A DNA stretch of 63,644 bases, filler included, from Octopus bimaculoides (lineage: Eukaryota): the NCBI RefSeq assembly GCF_001194135.2. It is 6 parts of 6 records of this genome, joined end to end, with 100 filler letters (N's around TTAATTAATTAA, not from the genome) between each part and the next. Parts side by side here need not be neighbours in the genome. Positions count along the whole stretch, not along the records: positions 39,865 to 57,210 come from NC_068983.1; 5 more parts are not named here. One strand, written 5' to 3'. A model generated the notes under the pieces. The model was not told where the DNA came from, searched no databases, and saw only the letters and a program-made list of their open reading frames with translations. The position numbers were made by a program, and so were the translations under genes. This document shows positions 39,865 through 52,881 of the stretch, piece after piece. The first letter of the stretch is position 1. Each line of letters starts with the position of its first letter.

Positions 39865-39964
39865 GTTGCTCGGCTAGTACGGTTGCTCGGCTAGTACGGT
39901 TGCTCGGCTAGTACGGTTGCTCGGCTAGTACGGTTGCTCGGCTAGTACGGTTGCTCGGCTAGTA
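39865..39964. repeat. 17-bp minisatellite (GTTGCTCGGCTAGTACG) x about 5.9, truncated by a gap
   Basis: Five perfect units plus a partial sixth, read directly. Confidence 0.95.
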
Positions 39965-40129
39965 TATGGTCATACTATGTCTTTTCTATTGCTATTTCAT
40001 AATGTTAACATAACTTCCAGTGTGTGTGTGATATCCCCAACACTATCATGTCTGAAGATGTCCTTCTTCCCCCACCCACCCCTTCCTTTCCCTCTCCCTT
40101 CTCCTCAAGAGGAGGCAGTGTTCCTCTCT

Positions 40130-40575
40130 CTTGTGAAAAGAAATGTGTGATAGGCATGACTGCTAGGACTGAATACAGGTACTTTCTTCCTCAGGTAACT
40201 TCTCATCAACTTTTCCAATCTCTGGTTGGAAGGGGAGATGCTACCTTCCAGTAAATTTATTGATAGATGGGTGAAAGTGGAGGATGAATGAATCTATTCT
40301 CTGCATATGCTTGCAGGCAGAAGAATACAGCTAGGAGAGGACACTTACTCTTGGTAGCCCAATCAAGGTTCCACACATTGATCTCTGTGGATCCATGATT
40401 GGTTCTAGAATGAATTCTCTTCTTGAGACATTAACATATCTTGTGTACAGTGTGTACCACCATTTCATTCTATTTTATTTGATTTTACTGTAAACCCTCA
40501 GACCTTTTGTAACTAGTTTCTTTGATGTCTTCTCATCTCATCACCCTTGTAGTAATAGGACAGAATATACGAATC
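40130..40575 (+). mobile_element. Degenerate Tx1/L1-like LINE 3' end
   Basis: Decayed frame LLINFS...E.LPSSKFIDRWVKV, then a pyrimidine-rich UTR ending in TGTAAACCC...AATAAAA. Confidence 0.45.
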
Positions 40576-41145
40576 AATAAAAGAAATGACATGTATAAAC
40601 TGAGGATGCACTAAATAAGAGAGATTGCAACTGTTAAGTTTGTTTATGCTCTTGTTGGAATAGATTTAAGCTATTTGTTGCTCGTATGTTATGTGTTATT
40701 CAGTTATTAAATGACAACTGAATATATTGATGTTGGCCAATTCATAAGTTCATAAGATGCGAAAAAAAAAAAAAATCCTTTTTAATCAATTTTTATAGCA
40801 AAAGCTGCTGAAAAATTGTTTGTAGCAATTAATGATTAAAGACATACATTAAACATTTTTTAATCTGTAAAGTTTTTGAATGTGTAATCACAGTTAAAAA
40901 GCATGAAGATTGAGAAGTCAGTTAACCCTTTTGCATTTGGATTTCTGTGTCAGACATAATGCTTATTTATTTACATTCCTTTGAACTAATCTTGCATTAT
41001 CTCGTAGCTTCAAGATTTCAATGATGTAATTGTGTAATTTTAGAATGACATCGTAGGGTAGGTGTGAAAGGCCAGATCTTGTTGGTTTAAGCATACAACA
41101 GGTAGAATATTTGGGCCATATGTGACTAGTTTAAATACTAATGAC

Positions 41146-41480
41146 AATTTTTACCTCTGCTTTAGCGAAGGCAGGGGTATTGTTTTCAGCCGTGTTTGTT
41201 TGTTTGTTTGTTTGTGGACAAGATATCTCAAGAACCGCTGGATGCATTCAGATGAAACTTTCAGGGATGTTTGCCTCATGACTGGCACAGACTGATTAGA
41301 TTTTGGGATCGATTCAGTACCAGACAAGGATTGTGGATTATTTTTTTCCTCTTTTTTTTTTCACTTAATTTTTGAGTGGTCAGATTCATTTTTGGTATTC
41401 TTGTTTGTGAGAGCAGTCAAGTTTATTTCAAATATTCTCATTTTAAAAATCATCTCTGCCTAATCGTTGAGGTTTGCATT
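41146..41480 (+). mobile_element. Non-autonomous Helentron/HINE-like element; antisense copy at about 30400-30745
   Basis: Two diverged copies in opposite orientation, starting TTTTACCTCTGC...AAGGCAG.GGT with a (TTTG)n tract. The HINE assignment rests on recalled structure. Confidence 0.55.
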
Positions 41481-41544
41481 CTGTGAGTGCTCTTGTTGTT
41501 CATATTTTATGCAAAAATTCCAATTTTTCTCTCTATTTTAACAG

Positions 41545-41635
41545 CCAAGAAGTATTTGCAAAGTTTGAACACAGAGAAATCCTTCCAGGTTGCTGTTCCC
41601 ATCCTGGTGATATTGTTGAAGCAGGATCGCTTGCA
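41545..41635 (+). CDS. SBNO: Strawberry notch/FORGETTER1-family gene, first confidently identified coding exon (QEVFAKFEHREILPGCCSHPGDIVEAGSLA)
   Basis: Acceptor ttttaacag and donor GTATG. Encodes the HPGDIVE..SLA motif typical of the SBNO N-terminal region. Ends in phase 0 and joins the 48248 exon in frame. Confidence 0.85.
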
Positions 41636-41917
41636 GTATGTATCATATTTTGAGCGTAGCATTTAAGTAGTTTATTGAACTAGAGCAAAATTAAGATCAA
41701 AAATATTTGTTTAGATTACTTATATATATATGTCTATTAAGGGTACCACAAAGTAATGTTACATTTTCAAACAAATAGTCTGACATCATACCTCAAATAG
41801 ATTACAAGCCAATAAAAGGTGTCCTTGCAATTAACTAATTGGCATTGTGTTAATGACCAAACATTAATGTGGACATAGAAATGAAGGACTTTAATGAGCT
41901 GCAGATCTTATTTCTTT

Positions 41918-42286
41918 TTCTTTTACTTGTTTCAGTCATTACACTGTGGCCATGGTGGGGCACTGCATTGAAGAATTTTTAGTTGAATGACTTGACTCTC
42001 AGTACTTTTTTTTTAAGCCTGGTACTTTTTCTATCAATCTATTTTGCCAAACTGCTAAGTTATGGGGGTGTAAACACACCAACACCAGTTGTCTTGTAAT
42101 GAATGGGGAAAAACGAACACACACACACACACACACACACTCTTTCCACCTATCAAATCCACTCACAAGGCTTTGGTCTGCCTGAGGCTATAGTAGGAGA
42201 CACTTGCCCAAGTTGTCATGCAGTAGGACTGAACCTGGCACCATGTGGTTGGGAAGCAAGCTTCTTACCACACAGCCACTCCTGCA
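41918..42286 (-). mobile_element. Full-length SINE, same family, antisense
   Basis: Reverse complement of the 26236/45041 family, more diverged. Confidence 0.85.
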
Positions 42287-42873
42287 GGGAAAATATATGC
42301 ACTGGTTTAACAAATTTAAAAATGATTTTGAAGGTTATCGATTAGGAGGACCAACTGTTCTCAATAATGCTACAATGAAAATAGCAATTGAAAAGGATCC
42401 ACATTTAAAGTATTGGGGACTTAACACAGAGGTTTAAGAAACCTTGGTCCACTGTGCAAGATCATCTGAAGCAGATTGGGAAAGTGTATAGAGAAAGGAA
42501 GTGGGTAATTCATGGGCTATTTCCCGAAAATAAAGCAGTAAATTTGACAGTTTGCAACAGTTTCCTTGTGTCTGCCTACATATAAAACCAAGCCAGTTCC
42601 CAGATGCTACTGTTTTTTTGCATTCTCTGTAACTAAGAAGAACATGGATTTTTGCATGTTTACCTTCAGACTTTTAGAACTATTCTTCCAGGTTTGGAAT
42701 GTTCTCTACAAATCTTACACAAATTTCCTTATTAATTATTTGTGTACTTGACTATGTTAGTAAATGCTTAAATGATGCTGGAGAAGCTAGGATTTTCAAA
42801 TAAAGAAAGTGGTAAGCATATATGCATGTTATAATGAGGACAGCTGTATAAAGTTGTGCCAAGCTCTAATTGT

Positions 42874-43290
42874 GGTGGAAACCTGTGGAAGGGGTAGACC
42901 TAGGAAGACGTGGGATGAAGTGGTGAGAAAAGATCTTCAGACACTGGGCCTCACGAAGGAAATGACAAGGGACTGAGAGTTGTGGCAATGAGCTGTACTT
43001 CAGAAGATGCATCAAGCCAAGTAAAATCGCTGCAATCCATACATACAGGCTTGTCCTTTACAGGTGCCAGTGCCACATGAAATGCACTTGTGCAGGTGCG
43101 GCATAAATGCACCTGTGCCAGTGGCACATGAAAACGCGCACAACACACTCTGTAAAGTGGTTGGCATTAGGAAGGACATCCAGCTGTAGAAACCATGCCA
43201 CAACAAACAATTTGGAGTTTGGACATCTTCCTGGCTGGCCAGTTCCTGTTAAACCATCCAACCTATGCTAACTTGTAAAACAGATGTTAA
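42874..43290 (+). mobile_element. RTE-clade LINE 3' end (ORF C-terminus plus 3' UTR)
   Basis: Encodes GRGRPRKTWDEVVRKDL, typical of the RTE ORF C-terminus, followed by a UTR ending GTTAAATGATGATGAT. Confidence 0.85.
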
Positions 43291-43826
43291 ATGATGATGA
43301 TGGTGAATCTATAAATGGAATAGTAAAAATATGCAAGACTTTTCCGAAGTTCAACAAGTAACACCCTTATTAAAATTTCAGTGATGGAACCTTTTTTTGT
43401 TTTGTTAGAAACCTCTTCCTTGTAAGATTTCAAGTAATTAAAAAGATTCACACACACACACTCTCACTCGCTCTCTAACTCGCTCGCTCGCTCACTTGGG
43501 CTTGCTCTATCTGCAAAACTGCTCAGTAGCTGTCAACAGGTTGTCTTTCACAACCCCATCAAAATATCCATTATGTTAATATTCTACCTATCTAATTAAG
43601 TATTATTTATTATTGACTGAACATTTTGCCTAACATGGGGATATATCGTAGCTCCCATGTCTTCTGTTTCCTAATTAAGTTGTAGTTACTAACCATTAAT
43701 TTATGTTGAGGGGCATATTCTTCTCAATCAACTACTTCGTTTTACATAGTAATAGAAGTCAACTTGGCTCATGGTCTGCTAAGTGGTAGGTAACTAATTG
43801 ATAGGCTGGTTTTCTGAAGTTTGTAT

Positions 43827-44740
43827 TTCATGTTTGTAAGACTAGCCTCTTAAAACCTCCAAATCTGTGATCCCTGTTTCATGTAACAGGTCATGGTCTT
43901 TGTGTGTACCTGTGTGCCTATTCTGGTGTTACAACATTGAAATTTCCAATGATGATAACACTATTATTGTCATAATTCCTTGAAGTGACTTGCAAATAGA
44001 CTTTATAGAACTAATCCTGTTGTTTGTCCATTTGTCCTAATTATAATGTATAAGTAGAAATCACAAATGTTGTCATGTGATCTATTATTAGTCACATTAT
44101 TCTCTTATTCAGGCTTCCAAGAAATACACAATCCACTTCTAATAAAAATACAATACTGCTGCTTGTACAAGAGTTATTTAATCTAAAACTTGAACCCGTG
44201 TTTCTTGTGTATTAGACGTCTGCGTAAAGCACTTCTAATTTATTTAAAGGATTGGCACTTTAAGTTAAATACTAAGTCATAGAAAACTGTAGTGTAATGT
44301 CAACTGTTAAAACCACTTTTGTAATCATCTTCGTTTAATGTCTGTTTTCTATGCTAGCATGGGTTGGACAGTTTGACAATAGACCACATGACAACATTTG
44401 TGATTTCTACTTATACATTATAATTAGGACAAATGGACAAACAACAGGATTAGTTCTATAAAGTCTATTTGCAAGTCACTTCAAGGAATTATGACAATAA
44501 TAGTGTTATCATCATTGGAAATTTCAATGTTGTAACACCAGAATAGGCACACGGGTACACACAAAGACCATGACCTGTTACATGAAACAGGGATCACAGA
44601 TTTGGAGGTTTTAAGAGGCTAGTCTTACAAACATGAACAGTTGGACAAACTGTAGTGTAATGTCAACTGTTAAAACCACTTTTGTAATCATCTTCGTTTG
44701 ATGTCTGTTTTCCATGCTAGCATGGGTTGGACAGTTTGAC
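43827..44740. repeat. 260-bp inverted duplication (43827-44086 / 44378-44637) with a 94-bp direct duplication (44284-44377 / 44647-44740)
   Basis: The arms are reverse complements with two mismatches found by eye. The direct repeats flank the inserted arm. Confidence 0.92.
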
Positions 44741-45040
44741 TGAAAACTGGTAAGCTGGGGGAGCTGCACTAGGTTCCAGTCTGATTTGGCATGGTTTCTA
44801 CAGCTGGATGCCCTTTCTAATTCCAACCACTCCAAGAGGGTATGGGTGTTATTTACATGCCACCGGTTTACATAAGTTTACTTAGTGCCCCATAGCAATT
44901 TCATGTAAATAATATAATAGCAATAGAAATGATTGAATCTTCAAAAGAAGCTGTAATTACTATTTACACTGTGTTAGTAGATATCAGTTGAGCATTTAAT
45001 AAATTCAAGCTTTATTTAAATTGACTTTCAATGTGGGTTC

Positions 45041-45196
45041 AGGAGTGGCTGTGTGGTAAGTAGCTTGCTTACCAACCACATGGTTCCGGGTTCATTCCCA
45101 CTGCATGGCACCTTGGGCAAGTGTCTTCTACTATAGCCTCAGGCCGACCAAAGCCTTGTGAGTGGATTTGGTGGACGGAAACTGAAAGAAGCCCGT

Positions 45197-45261
<65 letters not shown>

Positions 45262-45463
45262 ATGTTTGTGTGTCTGTGTTTGTCCCCCCAACATCACTTG
45301 ACAACCGATGGTGGTGTGTTTACATCCCCGTAACTTAGCGGGTCGGCAAAAGAGACTGATAGAATAAGTACTAGGCTTACAAAGAATAAGTCCTGGGGTC
45401 GATTTGCTCGATTAAAGGCAGTGCTCCAGCATGGCTACAGTCAAACGACTGAAACAAGTGAAA
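45041..45463 (+). mobile_element. Full-length SINE, same family as 26236-26637
   Basis: Colinear with the 26236 copy over head, microsatellite and tail. Confidence 0.9.
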
Positions 45464-48247
45464 ATGAAAATGAAAAAAATTCCTATCAAGACTTTACTCT
45501 TAAAACCTTGTATGATATTAACAATTCTTGAAGCTATATTCATCTTTAAGCATTTGCATGCTATTAAGCTACATTTGACAGAACTACTTTATCTAAATTT
45601 CTAGCAAACATTGTTTCTCTTGAAAATTTTGCAATTATTTGGGGTGCTCTACTTCTGATGTCATGTTAAATGTTTTCAAAAATACTTTCATTTAGTTGGC
45701 CATTGGACTTGGAGAGCAACACAAGCTCACCATTCATAAACAGTTAACCTCAGAGTCTGTTAATGAATATGTATGATCTCTTCAATAACTCAGCTTAGAC
45801 TGACTGATACATAGAGAGATGAATATATTTTTGATTGATTCATAACTGAAATCTCTTCTGCCCAATTTCAAAGTAGACTAATAGAAAAGAAAATAATGCT
45901 TTTGACTTCAATCACTGCTTGAACTTATTTTTGGGAAATTGTGAAAAAATCTCAGACTTATAAAACTTAGCTTTTCAAGTAGAAAATTGTGAATAATATT
46001 TGCTGAGATGGCTAGAGGAAAATTTTTCAATCAAGGAATAAATGAAACTTATAAAAAGGCTTCCTCTTGTGCAGCTATGCCTCATCAGCTTAAAGATATT
46101 ATTTGTGAAAGGATTTTTCATGACATGGGTGCACCAAATGTCCAGTTTGTGCTACTACTTGTTTCAAGTGTAAGACAAAAGGTCATTTTCTTCAAAAGGC
46201 TGTAGATCTTTGAAAGAGCTAGTAGGTGTTTCTATTCTCTCTGTGACACTTGCCTGTGTACATTATGTACTAAAGAACTTCATCATTAACTTAGCCTTTC
46301 ACAAAACCTTCTCTAAAAGAATATGTTGACTCAAGTAGGTTCAAAAGTTTCAATTCTGAATCAGTTGTGTTTAAGCGTTGTCCATAAATGTGTCTTTACC
46401 TTTTCTAGAAAAAAAAAAAGGTTACAAAAATAAGCTTGCCAACTGAGATACATGTATAATAAGGAGATTCTTTAGCCTAAGATGTTGAAATATAGGAATC
46501 AAATCCTCAATATTACTACATGTATTCATCTTTCCAGTAGTCAAGAAGACAACATAGCAATTAGGACATAGCCCAGATGATGCAGAGAAGCCAAGTGAGA
46601 CCATAGTTGTGGTTGATGCTAGTGTCAGGTCAATGCCACCCTTGCTGGTGGCACATAAAAAGCATCCACTACACTCTTGGAGTGGTTGGCATTAGGAAGG
46701 GCATCCAGCCATAGAAACCTTGCCAAATCAGGTTGAAACCTGTTGCAGCTCCCTGGCTTATCTGTTTTCAGTCAAACCATCTAATCCATGCCAGCATGGA
46801 AAGTGGGCGTTAAATGATGATGATGATGATGATAGGTATAAGTGTGCTCGAACCGAAAGTGTCACTATTCCTGAAAATTGCTTTGTCTGCTTTGACTCTT
46901 CATAAATCACTTCTTCACAACAGCCTGAGTAAACACTATAAACCAGAGAACTGTCTACTGGCATTGTGTTATATTGATCTACTCACCATTTAAAAAAATC
47001 CATTGAATAATATTACTTCTGAATATTTTGTATCATATGATTATACTTAAAATTATTGCTATTTTGAGACATTGTTCTGATTCCGTTGGATGTATGTAGT
47101 GTATATTTGTGTGTTGGGGACTGTAATAGCTGTATGTAAATTACGCTTTATTATAATAATAGAAATAGTTGAATCTCCACCAGACGCTGTAATTACTACC
47201 TGCTACTGTTATAAGTTATAGTAAGACAACAGGATAATGCCATTAGTTGGAGAGGTTAGGAAGGTAAAGAAGGGGAATGAAATGCTGTAACTGAAAAGAT
47301 TAAGAGATGTTAAGTTAAAAGAAGTTAAAAGCAATTAAGAATAAGACAAAAGAAAAGTGAAAAAAATTTTTTTATAAAATTTTATTTTTTAAGATATCTC
47401 AGAAATTGCTTAAAGAAAAGATATTTAAAAGCTTAACAATCTTCAAAAAACATTTTAAGAAAATGTTTCTAGAACAATTCACAGAACTTCAAAAATTCTC
47501 AAAGAATTTCAAAATATATTTGTAAGTTTCAGAGTTATGAAGTTTTAAAAGTTTCAAAAGTTTATAAATTATTATCCATTGTCCATCTAACAATATCTGT
47601 CAGACTTTTAATACATTAAAGTCTGATTTAAATTTATTATTGGTGTGGATTATTCTATTCTCCAGTACAGAATCATGTTTATTTAATCTTTTTATTTCTT
47701 TATCTTGGGCAAAAATCACTCAAGGATTTTTCTTTTCTGCATATTACATGCAAAACCATGAAGGTGAACCATTGTGTTATCTTTATTTTCTTGTCTACTA
47801 TTGGAAACTGATTTGCTCATCTACAACTTCAATTTTTGTAAATATTGACAGGTAGCGTGTTAGTACATAAAATGTTTTGTGCTATACTCAATTATCAACT
47901 ATTTGTTATACATTCTAGCATTGTCACAACATTTGTATTTATCTGATATTCAACAGAAACTCACTTAAAAGTAGAAAGAAGTAAAATACTTGTAAAATGT
48001 TTAAATAAAGAAAAAAGAATACTTTTTTATTTATTTGATCATTACATGTCTACAGTACTAGTAGATGTCAAAAACTAAATTTTATTGCTGCTGTAAGTGG
48101 GTTTTGTATCAAATCTTTTTACTGGTTGGTACAAATGTTTGATGTCCTTTTCTTACTTCATCAATATGAAGAAGTGAAAGTATTTACCAGAAGTTTTAGA
48201 TGGGTGAAAATGTTACAGCTATTGTATCGGTTATGTTTCTTTTGTAG

Positions 48248-48355
48248 TCATTGTTACTTCCGGATGCTTGGTACCCTTTGACCAGTGTTTTTCCCCCTGA
48301 AAAGTTGAAAAGTGGACAGTTAAGTAGCCTCCAACTTGAAGGGATACTCTATGCT
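48248..48355 (+). CDS. SBNO: SBNO-family exon (SLLLPDAWYPLTSVFPPEKLKSGQLSSLQLEGILYA)
   Basis: Acceptor tttgtag and donor GTAAGT; 108 nt, phase 0-0. Contains the family motif G.LS.LQLE...YA. Confidence 0.93.
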
Positions 48356-48887
48356 GTAAGTAAACAAATTATTGTCTCCTTAATAATCAGTCATTACACC
48401 ACTTTTCCATGTTTATTTGTCACTACTATTGAGTTTATTTTTAGAAGACTGAGAACTTCATTGAATGATTGCAACTTAGATGTTTGTATATTGTGTGTGT
48501 GAGTTTTCGGAATACTCTGCTATTTCACCACCTTTTATGAGAATGATTTATTTCTTTTTACTGCTACTGTTTCATTTCTTTAGTGATCTCCTATGTGTGC
48601 ACCAAGTAAAGAAACAATTGTTATTAGCACAGTAAAAATTGCTGAAAATCAAGTGTTTGGATTTGTACATGCTACATTTCTAGTAAAATCATGTCGTTTT
48701 CCTCTGTGTATTCTTTGTTAGGCCATTTGAAGTAAAAGCAGTTTATTATCTGCTGTTAATACGGTGTAAAGTAAAGAATTGTCATTCATATCAGCTGAAG
48801 TAATAATTTCTTTTGAATTCTCATTTTTCTCATCCATGCATTATTTGTAGTTACAGTTTGCAACAACAATATTATTTGCTTTTGCAG

Positions 48888-48974
48888 TGCCAGAAGCATC
48901 AAACAGTGCTACCTAATGGGCATCGGGCTGGGTTTTTTATTGGTGATGGAGCCGGAGTTGGCAAAGGAAGACAG
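48888..48974 (+). CDS. SBNO: SBNO-family exon with P-loop ([29 protein letters not shown])
   Basis: Acceptor ttttgcag and donor GTAAGT; 87 nt. [10 protein letters not shown] is the signature Walker A variant of the SBNO/FGT1 helicase-like domain. Confidence 0.96.
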
Positions 48975-49122
48975 GTAAGTAGAATTGTCTGACATTTTTA
49001 TTTCTTGTTTTAGAACAATGCCCTATCAGTTTCAAGTTACATATTTACTGTATTTATTTGCTTTTTAATATTATTGTTTCCACCTGTCTTATTGTATTGG
49101 GATGTGACTTCTTGTGATATGT

Positions 49123-49590
49123 AAATCATCATCATCATCGTTTAATGTCCGTTTTCCATGCTGGCATGGGTTGGACGGTTTGACTGAGGTCTGGAGAGCC
49201 AGCGGCTGCACCAGTCTCCAGTCTGATCTGGCAATGCTTCTACAGCTGGATGCCCTTCCTAATGCCAACCACTCCGAGAGTGTAGTGAGTGCTTTTTACA
49301 TACCACTGGCACAGGAGCCAGTCAGGTGGGCCTGGCATCGATCACGTTCGGTTAGTGCTTTTTACGTGCCACCGGCACGGGGGCCAGTCAGTAGGTACTG
49401 GCATCAGCCACGTTTGGATGGTGCTTTTTATGTGCCACTGGCACAGGAGTCAGTCAGGGGGCACTGGCCACAGCTACAATATTGGTTTTACTTGACTCAA
49501 CAGGTCTTCTCGAGCATATCATATCACCTGACGCATCAGGGATACTCTTAACTGGGCGGGGCACTCACAGCTGTGATCTCACTTTAGCTG
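49123..49590 (-). mobile_element. RTE LINE 3' UTR fragment; further copies at about 17690-17830, 19040-19160, 19330-19455, 19862-20130, 25486-25660, 28290-28410, 44690-44870, 46620-46830, 56097-56262
   Basis: Shared GGAAGGGCATCCAGCTGTAGAA...CAACCCATGCCAGCATGGAAA...TTAAACGATGATGATG segment with a (GAT)n tail. Confidence 0.85.
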
Positions 49591-51395
49591 CCGGGTCTAT
49601 AAATGTAAATAGATAATTATAAAACATAGTTTTTTGCTGGGTCTGTAAAATGTAAATAGATAATTATAAAACATAAAGTATGGTAGCTGAACGGTAAAAG
49701 GCATAAAGTTTAACAACTAAGGTTTTAATATTTTCTACTTTGTTGGAAATTAATAACTTGATTTATACCTGTTCTTGAAAATGTCATGACTTTTAGATCA
49801 TATTAGTAAAAAAAAAATGCTTGCTGATAGAAAACCTTAAATCAAAACAGTTATTCTCTTGGTGCACTATTAATATTAGATTTTTCTTCTTTTGTCAAAA
49901 GCTTTATTTTTGTAAAGGTAGATTTTTGTTGAAAGACTCAAAAATACATTTGATGTTGGCAGAGTCTTAATCAGTGGTGTAGTGTAGGGTTTTGTTTATC
50001 CTGCATACTAATCAAATTAGCTGCCCCTTCTCTTAAATGTAACATGTTTGACTACAGCCAACACATGTATATAAAGTGGCCATCCTGTGTGGTCTGCACA
50101 CACCATGCCATTTCCCTGGTCACAGTTGCAATGTTTTTAATTCTAGGTTTTATTGACTGGGTGCTTATTGATTTATTTCTGGCAATAATTCTAAAGGGAT
50201 GGCAAGTAATGACAGCTCTATAAACATAGACATATGCATGTGCACTTTTGGGCACATGCACACACGCATGTATGCACACACACACACAAACAAACACACA
50301 CACACACACATGTAGCTTGCTTCTCTCACACTATCAAATTCACTCTGGTTAACTTTGGGCTGTAGAAGATACAAGGTGCCATCCTGTAGGGCTGACCCTA
50401 AAACCAAGTAGTTTTAGGATCAGTTGGCAATGCCTGTGCACACACACGTTTTATAGAATTATCTTTCTTATATATTTTTGTATATTTACTTAACATAGAT
50501 CTCTACAGAAAGATTAATATTTGTCAATTGCTTCTTCATAACGATCTCTCTTTGTTTACACATTGCAGTTGGTATTGGGAAAGGTATCATCTTATATAGT
50601 GTTCTAATTCACATAGTATGACCATATTTCTGTATTATTCTGATAATGGCAGCTGTGGCACTTAGACTTGTTATGCAGTGAAAAATTGATTTTAACTAAA
50701 ATGACATGCCAGCCATTTAAATCACACACACATCATTATATTCACTTTTGCTTTTTATATTAGTATTATTAAGTCTCAAAATACATCTTCTGGCATCTGC
50801 CAACTGGTCACTGACAGTTGTTGGTTAGTTCTTAATGGCTGTAAGGATGATTTTTTATTTGTTGCTTTTTAAAAATCTAATTTTTAATACTTTTCAGTTC
50901 CCTAACCCTTGAGTTAATCATGCATGGCCTCATTGCTTCAAGATTTTGTTGATGTGATCATTTGTTTCTGGAATGGTATTGTTGGGTGGGTGTGAGAGGT
51001 CATAAAATAGGTAGAATATTTGGATCAGAATATGGTCAGTTTAATTGCTAAAGGTTTAATTGCTAAAGTGTTTGCAAAAGGGAATTACTGATATTTCCAT
51101 TTATAGTAGGTGAAACTCTATTAACCAATCTAGCCATGCCATTGAATGTACTTAGCACTTAATTGAGTTCTTATCAAGTTTTCTCTTATGTTCATTTCAT
51201 TTAATGACTAGTGCCTCTGTCTTTCAATAAAATATGAATTGAACTACAATTCATTGCCTGAGAAATATCTTCCCAAAGTATAGAATTTTACCATTCATAA
51301 TTAAGCTATTAAGTTTTTAATCACTTTATATTTTTTGATATTTTTTTTTACTAGTTTTCTGGAAGTTTGGCTAATTTTCTATATTTTTATTTCAG

Positions 51396-51487
51396 GTATC
51401 TGGTATTATACTTGACAACTACTGCCGGGGCCGTCTGCGACATATTTGGTTCAGTATCTCTGCAGATCTTGTTGTTGATGCCAGAAG
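51396..51487 (+). CDS. SBNO: SBNO-family exon (VSGIILDNYCRGRLRHIWFSISADLVVDAR)
   Basis: Acceptor tttatttcag and donor GTAGAA; 92 nt, phase 0-2. Matches the family GII..N...GR....W.S.S.DL..DA.RDL segment. Confidence 0.94.
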
Positions 51488-52812
51488 GTAGAACTTGTTT
51501 TCCAAGAATATTTTTGTGTATTACTGTTTTATTATGTGATAGGAGTGACAGAAGAATCACAAAATTCTTTGATCAGTTTCCTTTTTATCATAATTGTAAA
51601 TCATAAGTTGGTGGAATGGGTTAAGTTGTTGAGTTCCAGGCTGAGTGCTCTTATTTTAGTATTGAGAGTGGAGAAAGAGATGTTGCATTCCTGTGTGTTT
51701 CATAAAAGGTGGGTGAGAGCAGTGAGCTTCCTGAGGCTAAATGGGCCAATTTTGATTAAACAACTGGCAAAAAACAGAGAGAGAATACTTGAGTCTTTGA
51801 TGTGTCAGAGTGATTCAGTGTTTTGTGTAGGTTAACCTGAATTGCCCTAAGTTATTGTTCCTGCTTCTGGGAACCTTGTTGACATTTTCTTTATTATTTG
51901 TTCTTGTTGATTTTGCCTATTTTTTACTTGATGTTAAACCCTATTGTCTTTGTATTTCATCCTTGTATTGTTCCCAAAGTCTTTGGCACTTGTGGTCAAT
52001 AAAAGAAATTATTTATTGCTTGGATCTCGAGCAGAGGAGACAATGCTCTGTCGTATTTAGTGCCTTTATGTTCTGATTTTGAATTCTGCTGTAGTTGGCT
52101 TTGCTTTTCGTGTTTCCAAACTATTAAAATAAATTTATCAGTCAAATACAAGGTTCAGTCTGTTTAGGTGTAAATATTATCTGACCCCTCCACTTCCTCA
52201 ATATTTTTGGATCTATCCTATGATAGAAACCATCATCATTTTTTCTTTTTCAATTTTATTTCACTATGGCAGTGCTCCATCAATGTCATAGCCAAATGGT
52301 TGAATCAGTTAAAGAGTATTAAAAGCTTAATGTTTGCCAACAAATAAGGAACACTAGTTGTGAAAATAAATTGTTAGTCTTGTTACACTCTTACTGGATT
52401 TATTAAAGTCTTTGTGTTATACTCCTGGTTAAGTTATAATACTTTTCTGGCTTTGGTTTGTCTGGATAATGAAAATATTCCACACTTATTTCATTTGAAT
52501 GGTTTGCAATAATAAAACTAAGTGAAAAACTATTGCTCTTACATTCCTTTTAGAGAACTCTATGCAAAGCAGATATTAATCATTAGTTACTAGAATGTCT
52601 AATCTAGTATGTATTAGTTGGAGGGACACTATTCTGACTATTACATAGTATAAAAATTCCTCATCTCAGAAATATAGAATTGACTAACCTAATGTTAGAT
52701 ATTTAAACAAACCTGCTTAACTTAGTATGGAAATTAGTATGTAATTCACTAATTGATATTTTTTATTTAGTAAGAATTTTAGCATGTACTGAATGTGTAT
52801 ATTTTTTTCCAG

Positions 52813-52881
52813 AGATTTGCGGGACATAGGCTGCCATATTAAAGTGATAGATGGTTGCAATGAACTTGACAGAAATACTCG
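52813..52881 (+). CDS. SBNO: SBNO-family exon (RDLRDIGCHIKVIDGCNELDRNT)
   Basis: Acceptor tttttccag and donor GTAAAT; phase 2-2. Contains the RDLRDIG motif. Confidence 0.93.

Noticed and set aside
39865-39964. CRISPR-like array
   Set aside because: Units are contiguous with no spacers, and the context is eukaryotic.
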